Source: Azolla caroliniana (taxonomy: Eukaryota; Plantae; Polypodiophyta). Taken from it: 47,033 nt of DNA. Positions 23,750 to 36,085 of this stretch are shown here, piece after piece; position 1 is the first letter of the stretch; every line of letters starts with the position of its first letter. A program made the translations under genes and the position numbers. The DNA is taken from NCBI GenBank assembly GCA_043228905.1, contig JBHGNT010000234.1, forward strand, positions 1 to 47,033, given 5' to 3'. Under the pieces are notes generated by a model, which saw only the letters and a program-made list of their open reading frames with translations, was not told where the DNA came from and did no database searches.

Positions 23750-25078
23750 AGATATCCTGTCATTAGTATAAACAAATTACAAGATTTTAAACCTCTATGT
23801 AATCGGCGGGGGAAACAACCATTTCGGTGGCTGAAAATGCCAATAAGGAGTAGTGTACCTGGATGTCACAAATGGAGTAGCTGTCCAGATAATAAGAAAC
23901 TCATGCCGTTGAGCAATTTTAGCATCAGAATCTCCCACTAAACCATCCCATTGACCCTTCAAAGCATGAACTATCTCTAACCAAATATTTGAAATCACTT
24001 CAGCAGGTGGTGTTTTCAGATTATGGAAAACGAGAGAACACCGAGCTTTCCAAATGTGATAGACAGTGGTACTACTCAATATCTCCCATATTGGCTGAAC
24101 TTCCTTCCTTACTCCTGAAAACTGTAATGACAGCAGTGGTAATGTACGAACACTTCCATTTTTAGTGTAAAACCCATGGTCCATAGATTCGATGCCATAA
24201 TGGAACACATCACGGGCAAGTGATGTCCAAACGACCATGCCCCAAGTGAGAACCAACGGGGGAAAATAATTAGCGAAAATTCTAAGGAGCCGTTGCCATA
24301 TCTGTTGAGAATCAATGCATTCCCATAAACAATGTTTTTGAGTTTCCGTTTGTAAATGACATCGAGTACAACATGAAGACACTCCCATCCTATGCAACCA
24401 TGTGCCAACCGGCAACGCCTTGTGTACAATTAACCACTGTACATGTAATATTTTGTGTTGCTGTTTTCTTGCCCATAAGATAGCCCAGAATTTTGCAAGG
24501 AATTGGGGAGTAATACCTTGTTGATTCCAATATTGAGATGCAACTGGTACCACATCACGTGTATCTGAAAGTACATGTCTTCCCAACTGTACAGAATATT
24601 GGAAGAAATTGAACTTGTTACCCGTGTAAGGATCTGTCCAATGATAGTCAATTGGGTCCCAATCTAATCTGAATACCGGTCTTTTTGCTAACACCCACAG
24701 CTTCCAATGTGTCCTTATTTCCTCTATCATTGGATCAATATACCATTTACGATCGGCATATCCAATTATCCTTATCTTGTGCTCAATGGCATAGGGGTAA
24801 TCTATCACCATTTCCCCGGACTGAGACAATTGATTTGTTTCATCCACCTCAAACAACCGGTATGTCTTATCATTTGAATAACCCTTAACAGCCAAGAGTA
24901 CTTCCAATCTTGAAAAAACCTCAAAAAGTAGTTCTTTGTCTTCCTTATCTTTTTGTTTTTCAGCTTCAATTTCTTTCGCCCATTTTTCAAATTTTACTAA
25001 CCGGTTAAGGACATCTAAAAATTCTTCCTTACTTATCATTTCGTCGTGTGTTTCCTTATGGTTTCGTCGAGAAGTCAT
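23068..25078 (-). pseudogene. LINE ORF1 (coiled coil plus RRM/CTD type, ~263 aa when reconstructed), split by an L1 insertion
   Basis: MTSRR..DKELLF (25078-24923) joins AEIAKLK..RRLNVRVTGLKE..IYLDEDLT..GRVIIND (23703-23068) once the insert and one TSD copy are removed. Confidence 0.9.
23719..24921 (-). mobile_element. 5'-truncated L1-clade LINE copy with poly(A)
   Basis: T30 at 23716-23745; 16-bp TSD CAAAAAGTAGTTCTTT (23703-23718 / 24922-24937). Open frame with zf-RVT-like motifs WLIVHKALP, CTRC..ETQKHCLWEC, IWKARCSLVF. Confidence 0.92.
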
Positions 25079-25223
25079 GTTGTAATTCAAAGAATAAACG
25101 AAAGAAAAAGTCAAAAAGGGCAGAAAAAACTTAGCCGAGCATCGATGTCTTGCGCGCTAGGTACAAGTGTAGAAGCACATTTGTACTCTCTCGTCACGAC
25201 GCCGTAAGAGGTGTAGGTGATAG

Positions 25224-25590
25224 CGACGGTCGACAACGATGACAACAACGACGGCGACAAGGGCACCGATTATCCACAACAGCGACGGGTGACGACGATG
25301 GCCAAGAACCGACGACGGCGGCGACGGCGGCAAACGTTAGACGTCAGACGACGGCGACGGCGGCAAACGTTAAACGTCAGACGACGGCGGACGGCGACAG
25401 TCGGCAGCGGCAGCAGACGGCGGCTGACAGCGGTTGCAGACGATGACGGCCGCAGACAGCAGTTGCAGACGACGGCGGCAGCAGACAGCAGTTGCAGACG
25501 ACGGCGGCAGTCTGTAGGCGTCAGCGGCAGAAAACGACGACGTCGGCGGCGACGGCAGTAGACGGCGGCGACAACGGCAGAAAGAGCCGT
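25224..25590. repeat. GC-rich degenerate (GAC/GGC)n low-complexity tract, possibly a subterminal region of a DNA transposon
   Basis: Repeated GACGACGGCGGC and a duplicated GGCAAACGTTA(G/A)ACGTCAGACGACGGCG unit. Confidence 0.6.
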
Positions 25591-25591
<1 letters not shown>

Positions 25592-25623
<32 letters not shown>

Positions 25624-25656
25624 GAGAGAGGGACAATCGCAGAGCTGAAGAGCCGT

Positions 25657-25693
<37 letters not shown>

Positions 25694-25708
25694 GAGAGAG
25701 GGACAATC

Positions 25709-25780
<72 letters not shown>
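25592..25780. repeat. Compound (GA)n microsatellite
   Basis: GA runs with a duplicated ATTGAGAGAGGGACAATCGC spacer. Confidence 0.95.
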
Positions 25781-25785
<5 letters not shown>

Positions 25786-25977
25786 GGGGGAGAGTCGTCG
25801 GGCTATTAGAAACTTAGATGCTCTTTTAGATAAAGATCTGGTGGTGCAAATCGCACGTGCCCTACACCGTCCGTGGTCGCGATTCCCTCACCAAGAAGGA
25901 AGGCCTCATTATCATTTGGTGTCAAGTGCTGAGGGCAGGGGGCATTTATGTATGTATGATGTTTTGGTTCGTTCCTC

Positions 25978-26012
25978 ACATACATACATACATACATACA
26001 TACATACATACA

Positions 26013-26044
<32 letters not shown>

Positions 26045-26076
26045 CATACATACATATACATATATACATACATACA

Positions 26077-26108
<32 letters not shown>

Positions 26109-26118
26109 CATACATACA

Positions 26119-26150
<32 letters not shown>

Positions 26151-26161
26151 CATACATACAT
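25978..26161. repeat. (TACA)n microsatellite ~200 bp upstream of the GNK start codon
   Basis: ~180 bp of CATA units with occasional TA interruptions. Confidence 0.95.
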
Positions 26162-26364
26162 GGGGAAGAAAGAAAGAACTCAGGAACTCAGGAAGGAAGA
26201 AGAATCCTGGCTGCAGACCTTGTAGATGAGAGAAGAATGTGTGTTCATGTGTTGGCCTAGGGTGCCTTCCTCCTTTCTCGATCCTTCTTCCAGGGGCCCT
26301 CTATTATCCACGATATATCTGTGTTTTCTGGCATCAGAGAAAGTCAGAGCAGCAGACTGACAGG

Positions 26365-29300
26365 ATGGATATCTGCCGTGCGGAGCTATGGGATTACGAA
26401 CAGGAGATAGGCACCTTCACCTCAGATAGCTGTGATGATGGTGATGGTGATGGTGACGTTTCCAGAGTGAGTGATGATGATGGAGTGATCCTGGGCGTTG
26501 ATGGAGGGGCAACTTCTACCATCTGTGTCTGCATAGCTGTGCCAAGCCATGGCCATGGTACCTTCCACGAACCTCCTTCCATCCTCTCGCGTGCAGAAAC
26601 GAGTGGATCCAACCATAATAGCGTCGGAGGTTTGCCATTCATTGCCTGGAAACAAAAAATATGATGCTTAGTTTGTAAGTTGAAAATATGTTTGAATTCG
26701 TTTCGGGGAAAGTAGACATTGGATTGGCGGGAAAACAATGTAAAAACAAAACGCTGGATTGTATTTTCACCTCCAAAAATACATCTTGATTGCTACTAAT
26801 GCCATCGGCCTTAATGTGTAATAGATGTGCATCTACCATTATACCTTATCTCTGCGTCACATCCTAAACTCATTTTGAATGCAAGAATAATGTTCCCAAA
26901 AGTCCCATATTATGTTCAACCTTGGTTAAAACTCGAATAATGGAGCACCCTCAAACAAAACCATTTATGTTTTTTCTTATTAGTTTGCAATAGTTATCCA
27001 TTTGCATACGCAGTATTTCACGAACCATAAAATTTTACTCCTCTAAATCAGATGCTGCTGCCAGATTGGCTGTCGAGAAGGTGCTTGCTGAGGCTTTGAT
27101 GAAAGCACACCGGCATCGTTCTGTCGTGAGGGCTGTCTGCCTAGGAATGTCTGGGGTGGATTGCCCAGCTGATCAACAACTTATATTGCAATGGCTTCGG
27201 TTAGTTCTCTTTAAAACCAATGTGCATTGTAATTTCTTCTGGAATTATGTTACAGTATATCTGCTGGACAAGCTTATATTTTTTTTGCTAATTATAATAA
27301 TTTCTTAGCTTGATAATTGTAGATTGTTTTGATAACTCATCTCCGGAAGTTCCAGACTTCTTTGGGATGTAACAGGAAACTTTAAATAGTTGGATAGGAA
27401 TATCTATGTAGATCTCGGGAAGCCAAAACAATGATATTATTGAAACGAGGGCTTCACTATGGTAAACACTTGGGTTTTGGTTGAAAATAGGACAACCAAA
27501 CAACATGCAAGTTGCGATGGGCACAAGATATACTCATTCAGGCAACCTCAACATGTTTGACTTGCAATAATATAGGTCTAGTTCGTAATATTTATGTTTG
27601 GTTGTGTTCGAAGATTCAAGTTTGAATTCACACCTGGGGTTATAATTGGTGTTTGATTGACTCTTGAAGGGGACATTTTAACCCACATAAGAAGAAACGC
27701 TTCATTTTATATATGAAGAAAGACCCGTCGACTTACATAATTTTCCTTCCCATTGTATTCTGAGATGATCCACGCATCTAACTCCAGTTGGAATGTTCAG
27801 GGAAATTTTTGCAGAAGGTGTAATGCTTGTAGTGCACAATGATTCTGTGACAGCATTGGCTAGTGGCACCCTTGGGAGGCTATATGGTGGCTGTGTGCTT
27901 ATTGCTGGTACAGGTTCGATTGCCTTTGGTGTGTCCGAGGCTGGACAAGAAGCTCGAGCAGCAGGGGTTGGGGCACTCCTTGGAGATCAAGGCAGGTGAT
28001 TGGATTTGGCAACCAGACTTTATTTTTTCCAAATTCAATGATTTCCTGGACCGTAAATCTCGTTTGTCCATATTACCTGTTGGTTTCAACAAGTTCATTA
28101 ATAATTGGATGTCCTTATTGCTGGTGGCATTACAGTGGTTATTTCATAGGACAACAAGCTTTGATTTCTGTGATGCATGCTCATGATGGTCGAGGCCCCC
28201 CAACAAATCTTGTAAATGCAATACTCAATAGACTTGGACTGACCTCCCCAGAAGACATAGTTAGGTATGGTTTCAAATGCTTTATTTCTATAATTTTTTC
28301 TTGCTATTATGAAAATAACTTACTGTTCACGTTTATGAAAGCAGCCTTATTTATTTATTATCTCATTTATGAAGCTAAATGACATTGTAACTCACATAGA
28401 TTTTATTCATGTGTTTACTCTATGTAATGCTCTTAACTAAATAAAGTGTCCTAAGAGTTCCGTTGCCTCCTTGCATGCCTCAGTGGCAGTCACACATGCT
28501 TTCTTTGTAGTAGACAATGCAACACAGTCTTGTAGCCTTGATCCAAGCGACTGCTCCTCTTGTGAAGGTAAACACATACCCAAAAGTGAACTTTCTGCTG
28601 TCTGCATGACCAGCATAGTTGGCATCCGGAAAACCAATGACAGAGGCCTTCTGCTTTCCAAAGCAGGTGCACAAAGTCTTTGTGCCTTTGAGGTATCTCA
28701 TAATACCTTCCACTGCTTTCCAATGCTTTTCTCCAGGGTTCATGTACCTGCTAACCACTCCTACAGCAAAAGCAATGTCAGAACATGCAGCAACCCTAGC
28801 ATACATCAAACTGCCAACAGCCGAAGCATATGGAATCTTGGCCATTTCAACCTTTTTCTCATCAGATGTAAGGCAGTCTTCTGCACTGAGTTTTGCACAT
28901 GGAGACAAGAGTTTCGCATATGGAGACAATGGAACATCAATTCCTTCAGGCTGCTGCATATACATGTCTTCATGCAGATCAGCGTGTAAAAAGGCAGTTT
29001 TTATATCCACCTCTATGAGCTCCGTATCTTCGGCTGCAGACAAGCCTAAACCTGGTTCTCAGTGTAGCCATTATGACTACAAAAGAGAAAATCTCATCAA
29101 AAGCAACTCCATATTCCTGTTTGTATCCCTTCAGAATCAATCTTGCTTCATGATGTTCATGAGATGACTGCTATTATTGCTGCCACCCGTAATTTTTAGC
29201 CAAAGGAAAATGTCAGCAAAATAGCAAATGCAGACCCAAACCCTGCGAACTTTTGTTAGTGCATAGACTTGCTTGCAAAGAACCCATGCTGGCAAAACAT

Positions 29301-31290
29301 GATGAAATGCAGCACATTGCCCATTTCTTGCCTGCACTGACCTGTGCTAACTGTTGCCTGCTCTGAAAATGTGACCTGTCATGTTGATGTATCGCTTGCG
29401 CTGAAAATGTGACCTGTTGTGCTGACTGTCACCTTTGCTGAAGACGTGACTTGTCATGCTGACTATCACCTGCTTTGAAAATGTGACATATCGCACTGAT
29501 TGTAACCTGCTCTAATGCGATTTTAATAGGGCCTGAGAGCAGATCAAGTCACCGCTAGACCACACACTGACAGACAACTGTAGAGGCAGAAGCAGAGGCA
29601 GAGATGTAGAGATCCAATCTTTCTTCTTTGGGTCCCTTTAGGTTTATATATATATCTATATATATATCGTGTGTTAAGGGTGGTGTGTACACACTTTACT
29701 GTCAACTAATAAAAGGCACAATGGTCCTTTATTCCCAAGAAATAATAATAATAATAATTTCTTTCACTCGTAGTTTTATTATCGTTTTGAAATGCAAATA
29801 TGCCATTCCATTTCAATCTAGGGACAGTACCTTATTGAAACCATGCAATAGGTACTTACACAAGTATCTGGGAAAGCATAATACATGGACAAACACTACA
29901 TGTACCAAATGTTACACATATTTTAGTTAGTGAAAATATATCTATGTATTTGTCGTTACCAATTTAGTGTTTGTCGTAATGTTTCCTTATATTCTAAACA
30001 GAATCCAAAACTTCTTGGTACTATTGAGAGACCATTATATGTATATAAGCGATGTGCATTATTGTGTAATGTATAGAATCTCTGGGCTACTTTACTTTAA
30101 TGTTAAAATGATTCAGGGGACAATAGGGGTATATCTTTTTAATCTTGAAGAATACTGTCCATCGTTCACATTCAGCTAATATAGCATAATGACAAATGTA
30201 AACATGAATATTCGTCAAACCTTCATGCATGCACATTTTTGGATGACAAAGTAGTGGGTCTGTAAATTGAACTTAACTGTAAATTAAGCCATTATTGGGT
30301 CCAATTATGGTAGGTGGGTTTATAAAGATACTTCTTGGGCCCGGATTGCTTCTGTAGTCCCTACTGTGAAGGCATGTGCTGCTGCTGGTGATGTAGAAGC
30401 TCAAAAGGTGCTGAAGCTTGCTGTAGAGGGGCTTGCTACAAGTGTAAAAGCTGTTGTCAAGAGGCTCAACCTTGCAGGGGAAGGTAAGATGACTTCAATA
30501 ACTCTTTCATTTGATCTAAAAACATAATGCATTATTTATTATTTTCTTCCCTTTTACATGCTTGTTTTGGTTTTCTCTAGATGATAGAAAAACCTTTCCA
30601 TTGGTTATAGTTGGTGGTGTTTTGGAGGTGGATAATGAATGGGACATTTATACAGAGCTTATATGTCGCATCATGCAAGATTTTCCAGGAGTACAACCTA
30701 TTCAGCCGAAGGTACTGCCACTTTGTCTAGCATAGATGAATGTGAACTTGAGAGCTGTTGTCTTGGGGATCGTATTGTTAAGAACGTTCTTATCTTGTTG
30801 ATTGTTTACATGTGAAAACAGTATAAATAACCCTTCAATGTTGCAAAAATGAAGTAGGAACCATGTCTTTTGAAAGTTGAATAACCTTGGACCAATGATT
30901 ATTAAAATAAGGATCCATTAATGTTTCAATTTTGCCTCTACTATCAGGTGAACATTTGAAATTAGAATTCATATATTTATCGATCGAAACATATTGATGT
31001 AATTAAAATATTTGCTAAATCAAATCAAATTTTTTGATGGAAAATGATTGAGGATTCAGATATTGGTGACAATAAAATAAATAAATGGAAGAGATTGTGG
31101 TGAGGTAAAAACAAGAACCAGCAAGAACAATGTCTGAGCTTTACTTTAGAGTTAATCTGTCCTTTTAATTGGTTTATTTGTAAACATAATCTACATAAAT
31201 GATGTACAGGTGGAACCTGCATTGGGAGCAGCAATGCTTGCATGGACTAATTATTGCAGTAAGATAAAAGACTCTGCTGGATTGCAATGA
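26365..31290 (+). CDS. GNK: N-acetyl-D-glucosamine kinase (BadF/BadG/BcrA/BcrD-type ATPase fold), 7 exons, 372 aa
   Basis: Exons 26365-26629, 27052-27199, 27801-27995, 28136-28264, 30314-30483, 30581-30711, 31210-31290, all GT-AG with consistent phase (1119 nt). Motifs ILGVDGGATST, SNHNSVG, HNDSVTALASGT, CVLIAGTGSIA, LGDQGSGY, HDGRGP, SWARIA, VGGVL, VEPALGAAMLA. Confidence 0.93.
28445..29660 (-). mobile_element. Internally deleted copia remnant in GNK intron 4, antisense to the gene
   Basis: DIKTAFLHADLHEDMYMQQPEG, IPYASAVGSLMYA, DANYAGHADSRK..GYVFTF (28480-29043). Boundaries approximate. Confidence 0.75.
29338..29515. repeat. Tandem repeat, ~36-bp unit x5
   Basis: Consensus approximately TGACCTGTCATGCTGACTGTCACCTGCTCTGAAAATG. 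Confidence 0.8.
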
Positions 31291-31945
31291 AATCAATCCC
31301 TGATTACATCCATCAAAGTCTTGTTTGACTGGGTTTTGTGTTCATGTCAATATCTTCTTCACACTCATCAGACATACAAAGTTACTGGCTAATAAGGAAC
31401 CGACCATCCATCTGATTGATCTTCACTACCATTTTATACATTGTAATCTAGAAAGCAAGGTGCTCCATTCAATTTATTATTTTTACTAACATATTTAATC
31501 ATGAACAAATAATTATGATGCTTTGAAGGCCTTAAACTCTACTATGTTCCACTAGAAGAAAAGAGCATGTGAATGGGTTGTGTATGCAAAAATAACATGG
31601 GATCACGTGATTGTAGTATATACCAAGTGATACATGTTCTTAAACATAAATACATTCATGTAAGATACACATTTCCAAGATTAAGATCTTGGGTATAGCA
31701 TAAAGATTAAGTAAGATCTTGGTTATTCCGCTAATTGGTTTGCGCAAAATGGTCTCCGTGGGTTGGAAACATTCGAACAATTGACCAACAAAATTTTGCA
31801 GTTATTTCATTGTTAGATACCTCAAAAGGATTTGATAGCCCAATTTTATGCGTTGTATTAGGAGCAACAGGAAACTGTGTCTTAATTCGTGATCCGTTTT
31901 TAGAATTTACAACATCAAATTTCTAGGCCTATTTCAAACAATGAA

Positions 31946-33757
31946 TTGAAGGATGTATTCCTTGAAGCAATTCGTGAACCATTACGAACAACACTGAAGG
32001 TGTTCGATTTCCGGAATCAGAATATTGAGCAAGTGATTGATAAGGCAATCGCTATGGGCCAACAGTTGATAAATGTACGGAGTATGGATATGTCAGCACT
32101 AAATCGTACACTGCCAACGATGGAGGAGTTGCAATTTTGACAAGCAATTTAGTGTACTACTTGTTTAAATACTGGTTATTTGGCGATTGAATGTAGTCTA
32201 CGAACGCACTGCACAATATGTCATTCTAAACTTCATTCGGTCGAGCAATGTGAGTATAACTTGCCCAATAAAACGATGGCTTCGGTAAAACAATTTTTTT
32301 CGGAAAATGGGTACCACAATAACCAGAATTCATTCAATAACGGGTACCAACAGAATAGTTTTCCACAAAAACAACATAATTTTCAACAAAATCAAGCCTT
32401 TCAGCAAAATAATTTTCTACAGAATCCAGCTTTTCAACAAAATAATCAGGCCTTTCAACAAAATAATTTTCAGCACAATCAAGATTTTCAACAAAATCAA
32501 GAATTCTCGGTAGTACCGAATATGAATTAGCAACAGCAAAATGAAGGACGATTTAAGCAGAACCGGTATAAAAATAAAAAATTCTACAAGCTGGAAGGCT
32601 CACGACAGTTTCAGCAATCGCCGAATTCCAATGGGAATGATGGTCAACAATTTGTGCAAAATGATGGGACTGGTAAGTTTGTGCAAGGCGAGGGAAGTGG
32701 AGCATTTGTTCCTACTTGCTATATTTGCTGTCAAACTGGTCATTATGCTAATCAGTGTCTTGCTAAAGGAAAAGGATTGAGGGTTAATATGGTTATACCG
32801 GAAATACAACAAGTAACCACTAGAAGCAAAAGTAAACAATCTGAGTGGGAGATTCAGGAAGCAGTCCGTAAAGCAGCCAAGGAATGGGTGGAGGAAGCAA
32901 ACCAAAATAATGTAAACCGGATGCTCCAAGACAATGAAATTAACCAAGCTACCGAATTACCAAGAGCTACGACTGTACTAGAACAAGAGGAAACTTGGAA
33001 AATCTTGGTAGATTGCCAAGTATCACTACCACTGACAGGATTACTTAAGTTGGTTCCTAGATTTACCGAAAAGGTGGCGACATTGATTGCCCAAAAAGGG
33101 CCAGAACAAGTATCGGTACACTATAGTCAGCCGAGCACCAACCCTTCAATCATGGATGAGCAGAATCCATCGATTAAAGTGATAATTCATGGTCAGGAAA
33201 TTGAAAATGCGATTGTCGATGGTGGCTCAAGAGTAAATGTCATTAATAAAACCACATGTGATAGGTTGGATATTACTAAATGGGAAGCTTGCCCATTTTG
33301 GCTAAGAATGGCAGATACCAGTATGGTACAACCAATTGGCTTACTCCGACAATTGGAGGTGGTGTCGAGCGGTCATAGTTTTCTAATATCGGCAGTAATA
33401 CTTCATTTGGAAGCTCCTGGTGCATATCCCTTGCTATTGGGCCAGCCATGGTTAAAGACCGCTAACATCAAGCAGAATTGGAATCAGAATCAATTGACAT
33501 TTAGAAAAGGCAAAACGAAAATCCAAGTGTCTACACAGAACAAGGTTGCGATAAGCAAACAATGTTTGCCAGTGCATGCTGAGTCCGTCAATATGATGGA
33601 AGGATTAGACGAGGTCGAAGAAAATCAGTATTTTGATGATAATCCGAAAATCATTCCTTTGTTCGAAGTGGATATTTTACAAGCCTTGACACCATATGTG
33701 GATTCCCAGGAGGAATCGTCAATAGATGAGCAAACAATGAAGGAAATACGACTCTAG
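31946..33757 (+). pseudogene. gypsy gag (Zn knuckles, Q/N-rich tract) and aspartic protease
   Basis: CTICHSKLHSVEQC, CYICCQTGHYANQC, AIVDGGSRVNVI, YPLLLGQPWL; several in-frame stops. Confidence 0.85.
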
Positions 33758-33778
33758 CAAGAAGCTACCGACAGAGAG

Positions 33779-35777
33779 ATGAAGGTGTCCCAACGAGTTC
33801 AAGCTTCAACACTGGAGGAAATAAATTTGGTAGAAGAAGAAAAGGACAATGAGTTGAAAACAATACTCATTGCTAAAGATATGATAGAAGCTGACAAACA
33901 ACGGTTAACGACATTATTAAAGCAATATAAGGATGTCTTTGCATGGTCTTTTGAAGATATGAAGGGACTTGACCCAGCTTTCTGTCAACATCAGATCAAC
34001 TTGCATAAGGATGCAAAGCCAGTTCAACATCGCAGGTACCGATTAAATCCTAATTATGCTATTAAAGTAAAGGAAGAAATAGATAAACTTTTGAAAGTAG
34101 GGTTTATTCGTCCGGTGAAAAAATCGACATGGTTAAGCCCAATCGTAGTAGTTGCGAAAAAGAATGGCAAGATTCGGGTATGTGTCGACTACCGAAAATT
34201 GAATGCGGTGACCGTTACGGATGTGTTCCCATTACCATTTACGGATAGTATATTGGATGCGGTAGCTGGCCATGAAGTTTATAGTTTCCTAGATGGTTTT
34301 AGTGGTTATAATAAGGTTCGGATGAATCCGGAAGATCAAGAAAAGACAACTTTTGTTACAGAAGGGGGAGTGTTTGTAGTGGTAGTAATGATGTTTGGCT
34401 TGAAGACCGCTTCGGCAACATTCCAAAGAGTAATACAGGAAATATTTGGGGATTATATTCTTGCATTTATGCAAGTCTTTTTGGATGATTTTGCGGTTTA
34501 TAGTCGGAAAAATGAGCATTTTGAGCATTTACGACTATGTTTGGAGAAATGTCGGACAGGTCGGCTTAGTTTAAATCTGGAAAAATGTGCATTCGGGGTC
34601 ACTATTGGCACATTATTAGGCCATATTGTCAGTCAAGAAGGAATTGCAGTGGAGCCCGACAAGGTTAAAGCCATACTGGAAGCACCAGCACCCACAAATG
34701 CTAAAGCTCTTAGTTGGTTTTTAGGTCAGATTAGATGGCACAACAGAATGATAAGATATCTTGTGGATATCGCCATTCTCTTACATACAACAGTACACAA
34801 AGTTCCTTTTCAGTGGACAAGTGTGGAACAGGATGCATATGACTGTCTCAAGAAAATGTTGTCCAGAGTTCTCGTGGCACAACCACCTGACTGGAATAAG
34901 CCGTTCCATGTTTTTGTCGACGCATCGGACATCGCAATCGGAAGTGCATTAATGCAGTTGATCGAACCGAATTGGTACAGTCCAGTGTACTATGCTAGTT
35001 GGAAACTCTCAACAACGGAAAGAAACTATTCTACAATTGAGAGGGAAGCTTTAGGAATGATCTATAGTGTCAATAAATTTCGACATTATCTTTTGGGGAA
35101 AAAGTTTACATTTCATGTTGATCATTCGGTTGTTCTTTATTTGGTCTCGAAACAAGAGTTAACTGGTAAATTAGCAAGATGGACTCTTCTACTCCAAGAA
35201 TTCGAATTCGACACTTTACATCGGCCAGGAGTACAACATGCAGTGGCCGATTATCTCAGTCGACTGGAGTCAAGAGAAGAAGGCACAAGTGTCAAGGATG
35301 ATTTTCCGGATGCCCAGCTTTTTCGAGTGGAAGCAGTAAATGCACAGGATATAAATGAAGAAAGTGAGGATGCTTGGGTCTCAGAGATGAAAATCTTTCT
35401 TACAACTGGGATACCACCCAAACATCTAGCGGCAGACAAAAGAAAAAGGTTGGCGGTATGGAGTCGTAATTTTTGTCTTTTGAACGACACTCTGTATCAT
35501 AAAGGAGCAGATGGTATTTGGAGAAGAGCAGTACGACAATTCGAAAAATTGGTCATTCTTTGGGAATCGCACTGTGGAATTGCAAGAGGGCATTATGCTG
35601 GAGAAACCACAGCCAAAAAAATATGGAACAATGGCTTATGGTGGCCGACAATGATGAAGGATGCAGTCGAATATTGTCGAAAATGTGATTTATGCCAACG
35701 TATGGGACAACCGACAGAAAAGGACCGGATGCCGTTTCAACCGGTGTTACCTCCTGAACCTTTCCAGAAATGGGTTT
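33779..35777 (+). pseudogene. gypsy RT, RNase H and integrase N-terminus
   Basis: RVCVDYRKLN, FLDGFSGY, FLDDFAVY, FVDASD, NYSTIEREAL, ADYLSR, HCGIARGH..CDLCQR. Confidence 0.92.
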
Positions 35778-35831
35778 TGTCATGATAACAGTCACATCAT
35801 GCATCGAAAGGATCATGACACTCACATTATG

Positions 35832-35900
35832 ACTCGAAAGGATTTGAACCCACGACCTTGTTGTACACATGTCAAATCCTTAACCATTGTATTAATATTC
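35832..35900 (-). promoter_or_regulatory. tRNA-like A/B-box module in U3, antisense (second copy at 41145-41213)
   Basis: Minus strand TAATACAATGGTTAAG...AAGGTCGTGGGTTCAAATCC (A-like box 35894-35884, B box 35851-35840). Confidence 0.6.
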
Positions 35901-35939
35901 TTATATGTATAGTCTCTAGAATATGAAATCTAATATCAT

Positions 35940-36085
35940 AGGAATATTCTATATTACTCTACATTCTAGAATGACCTAGAATATTCTAGAGTGTTCTATA
36001 CCACTAGAACCTTCTAGAATACTCTAGAGATCTTCTAGATTACTCTACATTCTAGGATAACCTAGAATATTCTAGAGAGTTCTCT
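35940..36085 (+). promoter_or_regulatory. Heat-shock-element-like array upstream of the LTR TATA box
   Basis: Perfect aGAAc-cTTCt-aGAAt at 36006-36020; phased aTTCt-aGAAt-gacct-aGAAt-aTTCt-aGAgt-gTTCt at 35963-35997. Confidence 0.6.

Larger units (their letters stand above)
19088..25215 (-). mobile_element. Near full-length young non-LTR retrotransposon (RTEX-like LINE)
   Basis: 5' UTR, ORF1, ORF2 (APE-RT-Cys/His motif), 3' UTR and (TTTC)6 tail at 19087-19112. Candidate 8-bp TSD GGTGATAG (19080-19087 / 25216-25223). Confidence 0.85.

Noticed and set aside
23795-25114. 439-aa ORF as a native third LINE ORF or a host gene
   Set aside because: The TSD and poly(A) show it is an ORF1/L1 insertion chimera.
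25217-25636. Arg-rich and Ser/Ala-rich ORFs
   Set aside because: Products of the GC-rich low-complexity tract and (GA)n.
25781-26260. HTYI and MYVC repeat ORFs
   Set aside because: Translations of the (TACA)n microsatellite.
33755-33781. TAG-CAA in-frame stop between PR and RT as TMV-type readthrough
   Set aside because: The context is CAA GAA rather than CAR YYA, and this decayed element has other stops consistent with C-to-T decay (for example 32528).
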